DNA from: a virus
Lineage: Duplodnaviria > Caudoviricetes
Direction: 5' to 3' (one strand)
Virus record (IMG/VR): IMGVR_UViG_3300042878_001023
Coordinates: 1 to 64,000 of that record
DNA: 64,000 nt
The notes under the pieces were generated by a model that was given only the letters and a program-made list of their open reading frames with translations, ran no database searches and had not been told where the DNA came from. The translations under genes were made by a program, and so were the position numbers. The first letter of the stretch is position 1. Every line of letters begins with the position of its first letter. Shown here one piece after another: positions 9,805-19,903 of this stretch.

Positions 9805-9805
9805 C

Positions 9806-10990
9806 ATGCCAAAAAGAATTAGCGAGTGTAGCAAAGCACATTTAATTAATGTGCCATTACCACAACACGGATCAACTTATACAGTAATCAGCCACCAATT
9901 TGTGATTGATTATGTTCACCAAGCCCTAGCACTTGCAGGGTTTAACATTTTACATGAAGAATATAGATGTACTGCAGACGGTCAGATAGCTCAAGGAATT
10001 CATAAATTAGCTTATAATAGTGATCCTGAACTATCAATGATGTTTGCTTGGACTAATAGCTACAACAAACAAATTAAATTTAAATGTATTGTTGGTGCAT
10101 ATATTGAAACTACTAGCACTGTGATGGTATCCGGTGACATGGGAGTTTGGATTAGAAAGCATATGGGTACTGCAGATACTGAGACTAAAGATACAATTGA
10201 TGAGCAAATTAAAAATGCACATCAGTATTACAATCAGTTGTTGTCCGATAAGAATGAGATGATTGACAAGACTCTGGATCTTAGGAAGAAAGCTCAACTT
10301 TTAGGTATTTTGTTTGCTGAGTATGGTATTTTAACTACTGAGCAAGCTAGTATTGTAAAGAACTTTATTGATAGACCAATGAAGAACTTTACAAATCCTA
10401 ATAGTTTGTGGACTTTTTATAATGCAATCACTATTGCTTTACAACAGTCACATCCTAGAACTTGGATGGAAGACCAAAGAGTATTACACTATTTTATAGA
10501 TAGCATCTACAAATTTCCTAAACAAGTTTTCACAGCTCCTGTAGCTGTTATTGAACCCGTAGAAGATGTAGTAGAAGAAACTGTTACCTCAGAAGCTTCT
10601 GAAAAAATTCCGGATCCTAATCAAATAAGCATCTTTGATGTTATTGCGGAAGTTGAAGAAGAAGAAGTAGCTGTTTGTCCTCCAACAGCTGAAGTTATTG
10701 AAGAACCAGAAGTAGAAAGTGAATTTGCTGTTGAAGATAATGTTGATGAAGTTGTTATCTACACAGATCCTGCAGGAAATACATTTGAAGCTCCGCTGTT
10801 AGAAGATGTAGTAACACACAAGGTATTTGTTAATCCTTCAGAAGAACCAAAAACTGAAAAATTATCACTTGATGATATTTTAATAAGATTACCAAATGAA
10901 GAAAAAGCTAAAGAAGAACCAGATTTTTCATTAGACTTTAGTTCTTCAGATGAAGAAGAAGATTCTGATTTCATACCTGATTTGTTTTAA
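9806..10990 (+). CDS. DUF932-like domain protein with acidic C-terminal tail
   Basis: TYTVISH, AWTNSYNK, RKHMG and SLWTFYNAIT resemble DUF932/LGT-type phage proteins. Acidic tail ends FIPDLF. Confidence 0.6.
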   Translation: MPKRISECSKAHLINVPLPQHGSTYTVISHQFVIDYVHQALALAGFNILHEEYRCTADGQIAQGIHKLAYNSDPELSMMFAWTNSYNKQIKFKCIVGAYIETTSTVMVSGDMGVWIRKHMGTADTETKDTIDEQIKNAHQYYNQLLSDKNEMIDKTLDLRKKAQLLGILFAEYGILTTEQASIVKNFIDRPMKNFTNPNSLWTFYNAITIALQQSHPRTWMEDQRVLHYFIDSIYKFPKQVFTAPVAVIEPVEDVVEETVTSEASEKIPDPNQISIFDVIAEVEEEEVAVCPPTAEVIEEPEVESEFAVEDNVDEVVIYTDPAGNTFEAPLLEDVVTHKVFVNPSEEPKTEKLSLDDILIRLPNEEKAKEEPDFSLDFSSSDEEEDSDFIPDLF

Positions 10991-11011
10991 TAGTTAATTT
11001 TTATTTTTTTT

Positions 11012-11037
11012 AGAGGTAGGAAACTGCCTCTTTTTTT
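11012..11037 (+). terminator. Rho-independent terminator
   Basis: AGAGGTAG-GAAA-CTGCCTCT followed by a T-run. Confidence 0.8.
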
Positions 11038-11048
11038 ATCTTTACAAA

Positions 11049-11180
11049 ATGAAATTTTTAATTATTATACTTATGCTAACTTCATGTGCAACTACCAGTG
11101 AGTATAGCTGGAAGATGAAAAAAACACATAAGGAAAGTAAGAAAATGTTCCGCAAAGTACAAAGATCAAGAAAGTATTGA
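11049..11180 (+). CDS. small putative lipoprotein (43 aa)
   Basis: Translated by hand as MKFLIIILMLTSC-ATTSEYSWKMKKTHKESKKMFRKVQRSRKY. Basic N-terminus, hydrophobic core and LTSC lipobox. Confidence 0.6.
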   Translation: MKFLIIILMLTSCATTSEYSWKMKKTHKESKKMFRKVQRSRKY

Positions 11181-11188
11181 ATAAAATA

Positions 11189-11590
11189 ATGAGAAAGAAA
11201 ACTATTGAGATTGTTCAATTAATTCAGATACCCTTAATAAATCAAGATTTTATGTTTATTTATGGTGTTAAGGATTATAAAAGATTAAGTACTTATTTTA
11301 TTGGTCAACATGAATTAGCAAAAAGAGTCTATGCAGACTTTGATAAAACTAGTTTATATACAGATGCATATGTTGAATGCTATACAGAAGAAGATGATAG
11401 TTTCTATTTAAGCTTTGTTCTTAAAAAAGTTGAATTAGGAATTATTATACATGAGATAACACATCTTATGCAGCATATCAGAACCCGCTTTTTTCCAAAT
11501 GGAATAGAAAGAGAGTTTGAAGCTTATCTTACTGAATGGATATTTAATGAAATATATAAGATATTAAAAGATAATAAACTAATACAGTAA
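11189..11590 (+). CDS. small HExxH zincin-like protein
   Basis: IIIHEITH followed by EFEAYL. ATG 11189 is preferred over TTG 11177. Confidence 0.65.
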   Translation: MRKKTIEIVQLIQIPLINQDFMFIYGVKDYKRLSTYFIGQHELAKRVYADFDKTSLYTDAYVECYTEEDDSFYLSFVLKKVELGIIIHEITHLMQHIRTRFFPNGIEREFEAYLTEWIFNEIYKILKDNKLIQ

Positions 11591-11592
11591 TC

Positions 11593-11772
11593 ATGGAAGA
11601 ACAACAAATTAAAAACCAAATTGAAGAGTATAAGAAACTCTTAACAGGTGATCTTTTTGCTGATGGTGATATTCAGCAAAAAATTTATGACTTGAAAAAA
11701 CAACTAAACCCAAGAATTGAAGAACATCCGGAAGAAGATGATGATGAGGGTTGTTTAAACTGTGGAAGCTAA
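11593..11772 (+). CDS. small acidic protein ending in CxxCGS (59 aa)
   Basis: Translated by hand as MEEQQIKNQIEEYKKLLTGDLFADGDIQQKIYDLKKQLNPRIEEHPEEDDDEGCLNCGS. It fills the intergenic gap exactly. Confidence 0.75.
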   Translation: MEEQQIKNQIEEYKKLLTGDLFADGDIQQKIYDLKKQLNPRIEEHPEEDDDEGCLNCGS

Positions 11773-11778
11773 ATTATT

Positions 11779-12333
11779 ATGGAAATAGCAAAAAAACAAG
11801 ACCTAGACATATCACAAGAAGATTCAATTAGAATAGTCAGAATTGTTGTAAAATGTTCTGACTTATTATCTGACTATGATTTATTAGCTGATAAAATAGA
11901 GAAGAAAAATGCAAAGTATGTTAAGCATGAACTTAAAAATATAACTTTAGAATTAGGAGAGTTTGTTGATAAATTTAGTGGAGCTTTTTTAGTTCCTTTT
12001 GTTAAAACAGATGATGAGCTACAAATGGAATTACAAAAGTCATTTAGTGCTTTTTCTAAAAACATAAATGTAAAAAACCCTGAATTAACAGCTTTAATAT
12101 TACTTTACATCAAATGTAAATCTATTTTAGATGATATATTTGAAATGGAACATGCTGATAAATTCTTAGGTTTACTTATAGAAATGTGTAAGCTTTTTTG
12201 TGAGACTGTTGAGAAAAAATATGTCTTTATTAAAGACTTAAAGGATCCTAAATCTGGATATACAGTTGAAATGTTAGCAAATGCTATGACTGAGTTAGGT
12301 AAAAAAATAATGTATGGAGAAAAACCAGAATAA
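11779..12333 (+). CDS. hypothetical protein
   Basis: 184-aa ORF in operon context. Confidence 0.75.
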   Translation: MEIAKKQDLDISQEDSIRIVRIVVKCSDLLSDYDLLADKIEKKNAKYVKHELKNITLELGEFVDKFSGAFLVPFVKTDDELQMELQKSFSAFSKNINVKNPELTALILLYIKCKSILDDIFEMEHADKFLGLLIEMCKLFCETVEKKYVFIKDLKDPKSGYTVEMLANAMTELGKKIMYGEKPE

Positions 12334-12340
12334 CAAAAAT

Positions 12341-12997
12341 ATGAAAGTAGAATTAATTAACTATTTTGGAGATGTTCAAATGGTGGCGGATGTTGCCCGT
12401 GTAAGTTATGATAAATCAGCTATTAATTATACACAAGAACAAAACAACAAACTTATAAAATACTTGTGGAAGCATAATCACACAAGTCCTTTTAGACATT
12501 TATCATTGCAGTTTAGAATCACATGCCCTATCTATGTGGAGCGTCAGTTAGCAAAACACCAGGTAGGAATATCAATTAACAGTATTTCAGGCAGATATGT
12601 GGATTTCTCCGATACCTATACTCTGATTGATGAATGGAGAGAGCAAAGTAAAGATAGTAAACAAGGTAGTGCAGGTTCATTAGATTATGAAGGACAAGAA
12701 GCTTGTAATATTATTGAGCATAATGTGTATCAAACATGTAAGAAAGCTTATGCTGATTTAATTAAGTTGGGTGTTTCTAAAGAACAAGCAAGAACAATAC
12801 TACCTCTTAACTTGAATACAACATTTATTTGGACAGGTAGTTTTCTTGCCTTCATTCATATGTGTATATTGAGACTTAAACCAGATGCTCAGTATGAAAC
12901 AAGAAAAGTTGTTGATGCTATGTTAACTGCTGTAGGAGAGATTCCGGGAAACCCTTATGAACAATTATTAGAAATTATAGATTCAGAATTAATATAA
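12341..12997 (+). CDS. thyX: flavin-dependent thymidylate synthase
   Basis: ARVSY, HTSPFRH, RQLAKH...NSISGRY, EQARTILP and LRLKPDAQYETR. Start placed at ATG 12341. Confidence 0.93.
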   Translation: MKVELINYFGDVQMVADVARVSYDKSAINYTQEQNNKLIKYLWKHNHTSPFRHLSLQFRITCPIYVERQLAKHQVGISINSISGRYVDFSDTYTLIDEWREQSKDSKQGSAGSLDYEGQEACNIIEHNVYQTCKKAYADLIKLGVSKEQARTILPLNLNTTFIWTGSFLAFIHMCILRLKPDAQYETRKVVDAMLTAVGEIPGNPYEQLLEIIDSELI

Positions 12998-13002
12998 GCA
13001 AA

Positions 13003-13212
13003 ATGAATTTTTTAAGATATTTGATAATTAATGGTGTTCAAAGATGGGGCTCATTTATGTGGGTGGGAACTCATGTAAGTATGACTCAAACTGATTGGCA
13101 CTGGGTATTAGAAACTATCTTATGCGTTGGCTTAGACATAATTTTGGTTATGGGTTTGTATTTAGAATGGATAGAACATAAAAAAAATAATAATAATGAA
13201 AAAACAAATTGA
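13003..13212 (+). CDS. small membrane protein
   Basis: 69 aa with hydrophobic segments and a basic/polar tail. Confidence 0.6.
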   Translation: MNFLRYLIINGVQRWGSFMWVGTHVSMTQTDWHWVLETILCVGLDIILVMGLYLEWIEHKKNNNNEKTN

Positions 13213-13591
13213 AGCAGTAAAGTTATTCCATGAAACTTTTAACCAAGAAAATGGAACAGAACCAAGATTAATAGAACATCATGAATGGTTATTAAGACAT
13301 AAGCTTATGGCTGAAGAAAATGATGAGTATTTTGATGCTTGTGATAAAAGTAACTTAGTAGAAGTAGCGGATGCACTAGGTGATAAACTTTATATCTTAT
13401 GTGGTACTATCTTAAAGCATGGTATGCAAGATATCATAGAGAAAGTATTTGATGAAATCCACAGAAGCAACATGAGTAAAGTTGGAGAAGATGGTAAAGC
13501 AATAATGAGAGAAGACGGGAAAATTTTAAAGGGTCCATCATATTTTAAACCAAACTTAAAACAATTTATTGAAAATGCTGACAACAAATAA
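13196..13591 (+). CDS. MazG-like / PRA-PH family NTP pyrophosphohydrolase
   Basis: EENDEY, EVADALGDKLY, EIHRSNMSK and REDGKILKG. Confidence 0.88.
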   Translation: MKKQIEAVKLFHETFNQENGTEPRLIEHHEWLLRHKLMAEENDEYFDACDKSNLVEVADALGDKLYILCGTILKHGMQDIIEKVFDEIHRSNMSKVGEDGKAIMREDGKILKGPSYFKPNLKQFIENADNK

Positions 13592-13742
13592 AAATAGAAA
13601 CAGAAAAACAGTAATTAAATTAGATCTTATGTGTCCAATTAGTTACAAAAGATTTAAGTTTAGAGAAAATAAAAGAGGTGTTATTAATCATATCAGAAGA
13701 GATAGTAAGATTCTTAACACAATCAATGATGATTTAAATTAA
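13575..13742 (+). CDS. small basic hypothetical protein (55 aa)
   Basis: Translated by hand as MLTTNKNRNRKTVIKLDLMCPISYKRFKF... It overlaps the upstream stop codon. Confidence 0.45.
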   Translation: MLTTNKNRNRKTVIKLDLMCPISYKRFKFRENKRGVINHIRRDSKILNTINDDLN

Positions 13743-13747
13743 GAATT

Positions 13748-13921
13748 ATGCATCCAGGAGTATTTAAAAAACTTATGATTGAAGCATACCTAGCGGGTGC
13801 TACTGTTATGGATTGTGGTTGTTATGAAAGACCCACTAAGCAAGAAGCTAGAGAATGGTTTACTAATGAATATGGTAAACAAGATTCTAATGAAGAATGT
13901 GACTGTTGTGATGAAGAATAA
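13748..13921 (+). CDS. small Cys-containing acidic protein (57 aa)
   Basis: Translated by hand as MHPGVFKKLMIEAYLAGATVMDCGCYERPTKQEAREWF...EECDCCDEE. It ends directly before the terminator. Confidence 0.65.
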   Translation: MHPGVFKKLMIEAYLAGATVMDCGCYERPTKQEAREWFTNEYGKQDSNEECDCCDEE

Positions 13922-13924
13922 ATT

Positions 13925-13956
13925 AGGGAGAGCTTTCGGGCTCTCCCTTTTTTTTT
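13925..13956 (+). terminator. Rho-independent terminator at the junction of convergent modules
   Basis: AGGGAGAGCT-TTCG-GGCTCTCCCT followed by a T-run. Confidence 0.9.
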
Positions 13957-13967
13957 CTATTTAATCT

Positions 13968-16900
13968 TTATCTAATTCTTGTTGAACCTTTTTGTAAGTT
14001 TTTTAATGGTGTTTCAGGATCTCCAATACCACCAGTTAAACCTAACATGTTAAATATTCTTTTGTAAGTTTTTAACTCACCTTTTTTCTGCCACCAATAA
14101 GGACCTACATCTTTTTTATATCTTACAGCTTCATCATTGAAAGTTGCTAAGTTTAATATATCACCAAAGATTTCAATATAAGTTAACAAAGTATTTCCAA
14201 ATGCTGTAGTAGTAGATGTCATAAGTTTAGCATAATCATCAGCACCAAAGTTCATACCACCAATTGAAGGTAGTGGAATAAAAGCACCAGTCTCAGCTTG
14301 AACACCTAATAACAATAACAGAGCATGATTAGATAAGAAACCATAAGTATTAAACTCATCTGTAAACAGTGCTCCTGATTTAGCTTTTATTTTTTTCCAT
14401 TTGTCTGGATCATCATCATCAAATCCAAATAGCATTGATGCAAGTAAACTGGTAGTTATCATTACCAAACCTTCAGCAGATAGTTTTTTCATAGCACCTT
14501 TTTGATCATCTGTCATAAACTGATAGTCTGCACCTTTAGATTTTATGATTTTATAAAGAGCTTGAAAAGCTTCAACATAATAACCTTTTGTTGTTCTACC
14601 CATTGCCCAATCATATCTTGCACCTCCGAAGTTTTCTTTAGAAAGATCCATTCCAAATCTGTTAACAAACATTGGAGTAAACCATTTTCTCATAAAGAAG
14701 AACATTCTATAAAGAATTAACTTATTGCCCTCTGGTTGACCAAATTCATCATAAACTCCAAATAGTGCTCTTGATGTACCTTGTAATTTATTCTTAAATT
14801 GTTTAAAATACTCTGATTTAGAAATAACAAGTTCTTGACCATCTTCAAGTTGTATTTCAGATTTAATTCTGTTTTTAGCTTTTAGTTCATCAACAGAAAT
14901 ATTATATTTTTTAGCAATACTTTCTAAGGATTCTCCTTTTGTGTAAGTATGAAAAATAGATTCATAATTCCAACCTGGATGAATACCTTCTTTAAGTTTT
15001 AATATACCTTCAGCATCTTTTTCCCAAGCATCATTATATCTTATTAAAGTTTTCTTACCATCACTAAAAGTTTGTTCAACTTTTTCTGCATGTAGAAAAG
15101 AACCAAACAACCTCATAGCAACATCCATCTCACCAAATTTTCTATGCATATACATCCACTCACCATTTATCAAATCTTTATACAAAGATCTATATACTGG
15201 CCTACCATTTTCATCATTTGCTTTAAATGTTGGGTCAAATATTTGAATTAATTGTGTAGAAATTGCTCCAGGACCTACTTCATAGATACCTTTTGTTGTC
15301 CATTCTAACATAGCTTTAGTTGCCCATGTTGCTGATAATGCTAAATCTCTAGGAGAAATGTATCTATTTCCGGATGCTTCAATAATAGTTTGAACATAAC
15401 CAGACAACTGGTTTTTTAAATCAGAAGGTATGTTTAATGCTAAAGCAGCTCTACTAGACATACTAGTTATATTACCTAACCATTTACTTAAAACTGGATG
15501 ATTTTCTTCTATACCAGTCACCTGTCTACCTTGATACTCTCTTTCAACAAGTGATCTTACTTGAGCTGCTCTATTATTAGTAGCATTTTTTCTAGTGGGA
15601 TGTTGTTGCTTCTTTCTTAAAGCATAAATACCTTTAGAAAATGCATCTAAGTTTTTAGGCTGATTAGCTGGATCATCTAATGTATCTAAAATAGATTCTA
15701 CTAAAGGTAATGATTTTAATAAAGCAGTTTGTGTTTGAATAGATAGCGTATATTTAAACAAAGAGTTAAATACATCAGCATCAACTGTATTAATATCAAG
15801 ATTATAAATACCTGTTACGGGGATGTAACTAACCTCATTTCCTTTAAGATCTGTGTTTACAAGATTATTCTCAGGATTATAATTGAACCCATTTAAGTTA
15901 TCTTGAACTGACTTACCAAACTTTTGTTTAAGCCACTCACCTACATTACTTCTAATATCTTTAAACCTTTCACCATATTCACCTTTAGCTAATAACTGAT
16001 ACTTATCATTTGATCCAATACCATATCTTGGAACATCTAAGTATAATTTACCGTAACCAGAAGCACCTTCTTGATTAAGTAAATGGTACTTTTTCATTGC
16101 TTCCAACAATTCAAACTCAGGTGAATTTGGATTAGCTTTTAATGCTTGGTATCTTTTGTCAATAAATCTATCACTAACTGCGCTGTTTTTATTTCCTGGT
16201 TGAAAGCTTCTAGGTAAGAAGTTTCCTTTGTTATCTATATAGGTACCAACATAGTCTTTTTTACTAACACCTCTTGGGATTGTTCTATATTCATTTTTGA
16301 CAACTCTTCTTGAGTGTCTAATATTAGGAACACCAATAATAGAAATTACTTCATTGGTTTGATTGTCTTTTATCTTAGTAGATATAAAGTGCTCTGGGTT
16401 TGTTGGCTTACTGTAGGAATTAGCAGCGGTTCTCTGGAATTTAGTAACAAGCTCTTTATTTTCATAAACCTTAGCTTCAACATGATTTAATTCAAACCAT
16501 TTGGCTAAATCTTCATCATATAAATCACTTGTTGGGTCAATCAACTGTTGGAACAATTCTGAATTAATAAAATTGTCTACAGTCACATCTGTAAAAACAG
16601 GTATGTTTGCATAACTACTCAACCTTGTTTCCAAAGCTTCCATATAGTAATCAGTAGGATACTTACTAGAAATATTTGATAGTTCTTCTAATACTTCTGA
16701 GAGAGTTTCAATTAAATTAACATCTACATTTTTCTTAGAAGAAATAAGTCTATCCAATTCTTCAGCTTCCTCATCTGTTAATTCCTCATCTCTAGATTTT
16801 AAAACTAATTCAGAAAGAGTTTGAGAATCTTCTCTAGTTAAGCCGGTATACTTATCAAATTTTTGTCTTAAATCAATGATGTTTTGTTGGATATCTTTGA

Positions 16901-19900
16901 TTTTTCTTAATTTATCCTCTCCTAACTGAGTAGCATCAGGCTGTCCAAAATCATCTTTATACATAAACAACATGTCAAGTATCTTTTTGTACTCATCAGA
17001 AACATTATAAGTAGTTCCTAACTGTGTGTTTATTTGATCTTGGATTGATTTTAGTTTTTCAAACAACTCTGTTCTTGTTTGGTAATATTTTTCAGAATAA
17101 ACTACTCTAATGTTTTGTTTTTGCCATTCTCTTAGTTTAGTTTCATATTCTTTAGTACCTTTTTGAATATTTTTTGTTTGAAGTTCTGTAATAAACTCAT
17201 TATAAGCAGTATCCAATGAATTAGTAATAGGGACCCACTCATAAAATTTATTAGTTTCTTGTCTATGTTTAATTAATAATTCAGCAATAGACTTGTCATA
17301 GATTCCTTTTGCAGGATCATCTACTTTTTCAGAACCATCTTCATACTGTAAAGAATATAATCTTTGGTAGCTTCTGAATGCTTCTTGAAGTTCACTATAT
17401 CTTTCAAATCTTTCATATTCTTTTTGCAAACTATTTTGTAAGTTCAAATAGTTATCAAGAGCAGATCTTCTTGCAGCATAAGCCAAAGAACCTATTTCAG
17501 AATTCTTAAACACATCATCTTTTTCATAAAAATCTAATGTGTATTCTTGCCACATATAATCTTTATTGAACTGTCTTAATGCATCAAGAGTTTTTGCTAT
17601 TTCATCTTTGTCTCCTGATTTCTTAGCTTCTTCATATTCATATTCTAATTTATCAAGCTCAAATCTCCAACTATTTCCAAACTCATTTAAGAATGTCCAG
17701 ATTTCTTTTGCTTCATAAGTCTTAGTTTCTTTGTTGAAATAAAATATTTTATCCTTACCCGCAACCATGTTTATGATTTGATCTTGGTTAAGCTTGTTAA
17801 AGTTTACTTTAGGTAATAAATTAGCAAGTTTACTTCTAAATTCTTGAGAAGCTTTCCATACTTTTGTTTCAACTTCAGTTCTTTGGTTTTGGATAAACAT
17901 TGCTAATGGTCCTACTATAACATCATTACTAGAGCTATAAGATTCTAACCATCTGTTGAACCAGCTTACATCTTTAGCATGTCCTGTAAGTGCATCCTTA
18001 ATTTTATCTTCATTCACAACATAGTTGTTATACTTGTCAATGAAGTCTTTAAGGATATTTGCTGGCACACCTTTAGTATAAAGCTTTTGTAAATCATCAT
18101 TACTCACTCTTTGTTGGATAACTTTATTGTAGAAGTCATCTATTGCAGCTTCTAACTGATCTTCAGGAAATGCATTTTTAAAAGCAATACCAAGGTTACC
18201 TTTTAGTTCTTTATTTACAAACTCATTCATGTAACCTGTAATTTCAACAAAGAATTGAATATTACCTTTTTTGTAAATATCAGCTATTTTAGAATTAATA
18301 ATGGTTGAATTATTAACAATACTTGTAATCAAAGTATAGAACTCACTGTTCTTGTCTATATCAAGTTCATCTAATGCCTGGTTGATTTCTTCAACAAGAT
18401 CTAACCAAGTTTGTGAAGTGTTTTTATACACACCTAATAAAGCTATGGTATTTCTATTATTGATTATGTCAGGTTGTTTAGTAATATTATTTAGCTCTCT
18501 AATAATATTCTCACTAGAAGTGTTTACTCTATCAATACTATTAATTAAAGCCCCAGCCATTTGTTTGGTTCTTTCAAGATCTTCCAAATCTTCATTAACC
18601 ACTTCTTGTAGATTGGTTATGTTTTGGTATCCAGCAAGGATCTTTCTTACAGAAGTTAAAAATTCTGAAGACCCTTGTTTATCTAAAGTTCTTAATAACA
18701 TATCTCTTGTTACTTTATCAGCTTTAAAATCTTTAATCTGATTTCCAATAGCAACATGGGTAGCATAAAACTCATTTACTATATTCTGTAAAGACTCAGC
18801 TTTAACACTTGCTGATAGTTTATTTGCTTCTCCAAAGATATCTCTAACATACATAACTAGATCATCCTCTGTAAGCTTTAACTCACTAAAGTCAAACATA
18901 GTGTCATCAAGTAACATCTCAGCTAATTCATCAAGTGTTGTAGATTCATTTAGGTTTTTCAAGCTTACACCAGTTCCGAATACATCACGTAATAACTGTT
19001 TTAATGAAGCTAATAACTTGGTTATAAAAGATTGAAATCCTTCTGTCTCAACTTTATTTTCAAGTTTATTCATTGATTTCAGTTGCATGGCAAATGCTAA
19101 TGCTTCTTCTTTAAATAAATCTGAGTCTACAGCTAATTCTGGATATGCTTTTTTAACATATGCTATTATACCCAAACCTTCCTCTGTTTTTACTAATTGT
19201 TCATACAGACTGTTGAATAGTTTAGGATTTGTTTTTCTTATACCTTGTAGTAATGGGTGAGAAAACTCATGTAGGAGAATACCGGGTTTAACATTATCAC
19301 CAACAATGAATACAGCTCCATTATAAAAGAATGCAGGCTCACCTCTATAAGGTACAGGATTGTTTTTAAGCATTTCTGTAGCTTGCTCTGGCGTTAAGTT
19401 ATGATAATTTACACCAAGCTTAGCAGCTAATTTAGATGCAATAGCTTCAGCAACAGCTTTTGATTGTTGCTGATTAATAGTGTTTAAATCAATTGGTATA
19501 ATGGGAATGTTGTTATTACCTTGGTCTACTTTAATAAATTTTGGTTGAGTTTCAATTTTAGTTTCTGGTAAAATAGCATTTTTAGCTATTTCATTTCTTT
19601 GATCATATCTAACTTTAAGCTCTTGAAGTTTTTCAAATAAAGGCTCATTAGGCTCCGCTCTGTTTATAGTAACAATAGTATCTCTTCTATAGGTAGAAGT
19701 TCTATCATCTTTTAATTTTATCTCAGTATTTTGAAAAAGCATTTGACCATTTGTCTCTAAGCCATACTTGTCTACAGCAAGTTTAGTGAGACTTTCATTG
19801 AGCTCATTAAACTTTGCTGTATCAATTATTCTTCTTACATCATTAGTAGCTTTTTCTTTTTCTAAATGTTTAATAGAATTTACTTTAACTTCACAAACCA

Positions 19901-19901
19901 T
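13968..19901 (-). CDS. giant virion ejection protein with zincin-like and LysM domains
   Basis: 1977 aa. HEFSH...EEALA near the N-terminus, a LysM-like segment near the C-terminus and hydrophobic C-terminal helices. Adjacent to the vRNAP gene. Confidence 0.75.
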   Translation of the reverse strand: MVCEVKVNSIKHLEKEKATNDVRRIIDTAKFNELNESLTKLAVDKYGLETNGQMLFQNTEIKLKDDRTSTYRRDTIVTINRAEPNEPLFEKLQELKVRYDQRNEIAKNAILPETKIETQPKFIKVDQGNNNIPIIPIDLNTINQQQSKAVAEAIASKLAAKLGVNYHNLTPEQATEMLKNNPVPYRGEPAFFYNGAVFIVGDNVKPGILLHEFSHPLLQGIRKTNPKLFNSLYEQLVKTEEGLGIIAYVKKAYPELAVDSDLFKEEALAFAMQLKSMNKLENKVETEGFQSFITKLLASLKQLLRDVFGTGVSLKNLNESTTLDELAEMLLDDTMFDFSELKLTEDDLVMYVRDIFGEANKLSASVKAESLQNIVNEFYATHVAIGNQIKDFKADKVTRDMLLRTLDKQGSSEFLTSVRKILAGYQNITNLQEVVNEDLEDLERTKQMAGALINSIDRVNTSSENIIRELNNITKQPDIINNRNTIALLGVYKNTSQTWLDLVEEINQALDELDIDKNSEFYTLITSIVNNSTIINSKIADIYKKGNIQFFVEITGYMNEFVNKELKGNLGIAFKNAFPEDQLEAAIDDFYNKVIQQRVSNDDLQKLYTKGVPANILKDFIDKYNNYVVNEDKIKDALTGHAKDVSWFNRWLESYSSSNDVIVGPLAMFIQNQRTEVETKVWKASQEFRSKLANLLPKVNFNKLNQDQIINMVAGKDKIFYFNKETKTYEAKEIWTFLNEFGNSWRFELDKLEYEYEEAKKSGDKDEIAKTLDALRQFNKDYMWQEYTLDFYEKDDVFKNSEIGSLAYAARRSALDNYLNLQNSLQKEYERFERYSELQEAFRSYQRLYSLQYEDGSEKVDDPAKGIYDKSIAELLIKHRQETNKFYEWVPITNSLDTAYNEFITELQTKNIQKGTKEYETKLREWQKQNIRVVYSEKYYQTRTELFEKLKSIQDQINTQLGTTYNVSDEYKKILDMLFMYKDDFGQPDATQLGEDKLRKIKDIQQNIIDLRQKFDKYTGLTREDSQTLSELVLKSRDEELTDEEAEELDRLISSKKNVDVNLIETLSEVLEELSNISSKYPTDYYMEALETRLSSYANIPVFTDVTVDNFINSELFQQLIDPTSDLYDEDLAKWFELNHVEAKVYENKELVTKFQRTAANSYSKPTNPEHFISTKIKDNQTNEVISIIGVPNIRHSRRVVKNEYRTIPRGVSKKDYVGTYIDNKGNFLPRSFQPGNKNSAVSDRFIDKRYQALKANPNSPEFELLEAMKKYHLLNQEGASGYGKLYLDVPRYGIGSNDKYQLLAKGEYGERFKDIRSNVGEWLKQKFGKSVQDNLNGFNYNPENNLVNTDLKGNEVSYIPVTGIYNLDINTVDADVFNSLFKYTLSIQTQTALLKSLPLVESILDTLDDPANQPKNLDAFSKGIYALRKKQQHPTRKNATNNRAAQVRSLVEREYQGRQVTGIEENHPVLSKWLGNITSMSSRAALALNIPSDLKNQLSGYVQTIIEASGNRYISPRDLALSATWATKAMLEWTTKGIYEVGPGAISTQLIQIFDPTFKANDENGRPVYRSLYKDLINGEWMYMHRKFGEMDVAMRLFGSFLHAEKVEQTFSDGKKTLIRYNDAWEKDAEGILKLKEGIHPGWNYESIFHTYTKGESLESIAKKYNISVDELKAKNRIKSEIQLEDGQELVISKSEYFKQFKNKLQGTSRALFGVYDEFGQPEGNKLILYRMFFFMRKWFTPMFVNRFGMDLSKENFGGARYDWAMGRTTKGYYVEAFQALYKIIKSKGADYQFMTDDQKGAMKKLSAEGLVMITTSLLASMLFGFDDDDPDKWKKIKAKSGALFTDEFNTYGFLSNHALLLLLGVQAETGAFIPLPSIGGMNFGADDYAKLMTSTTTAFGNTLLTYIEIFGDILNLATFNDEAVRYKKDVGPYWWQKKGELKTYKRIFNMLGLTGGIGDPETPLKNLQKGSTRIR

Positions 19902-19903
19902 TT

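Noticed and set aside
13003-13212. Holin call for the small membrane protein
   Set aside because: It sits in the nucleotide-metabolism operon with no endolysin nearby, and hydrophobicity alone is insufficient.
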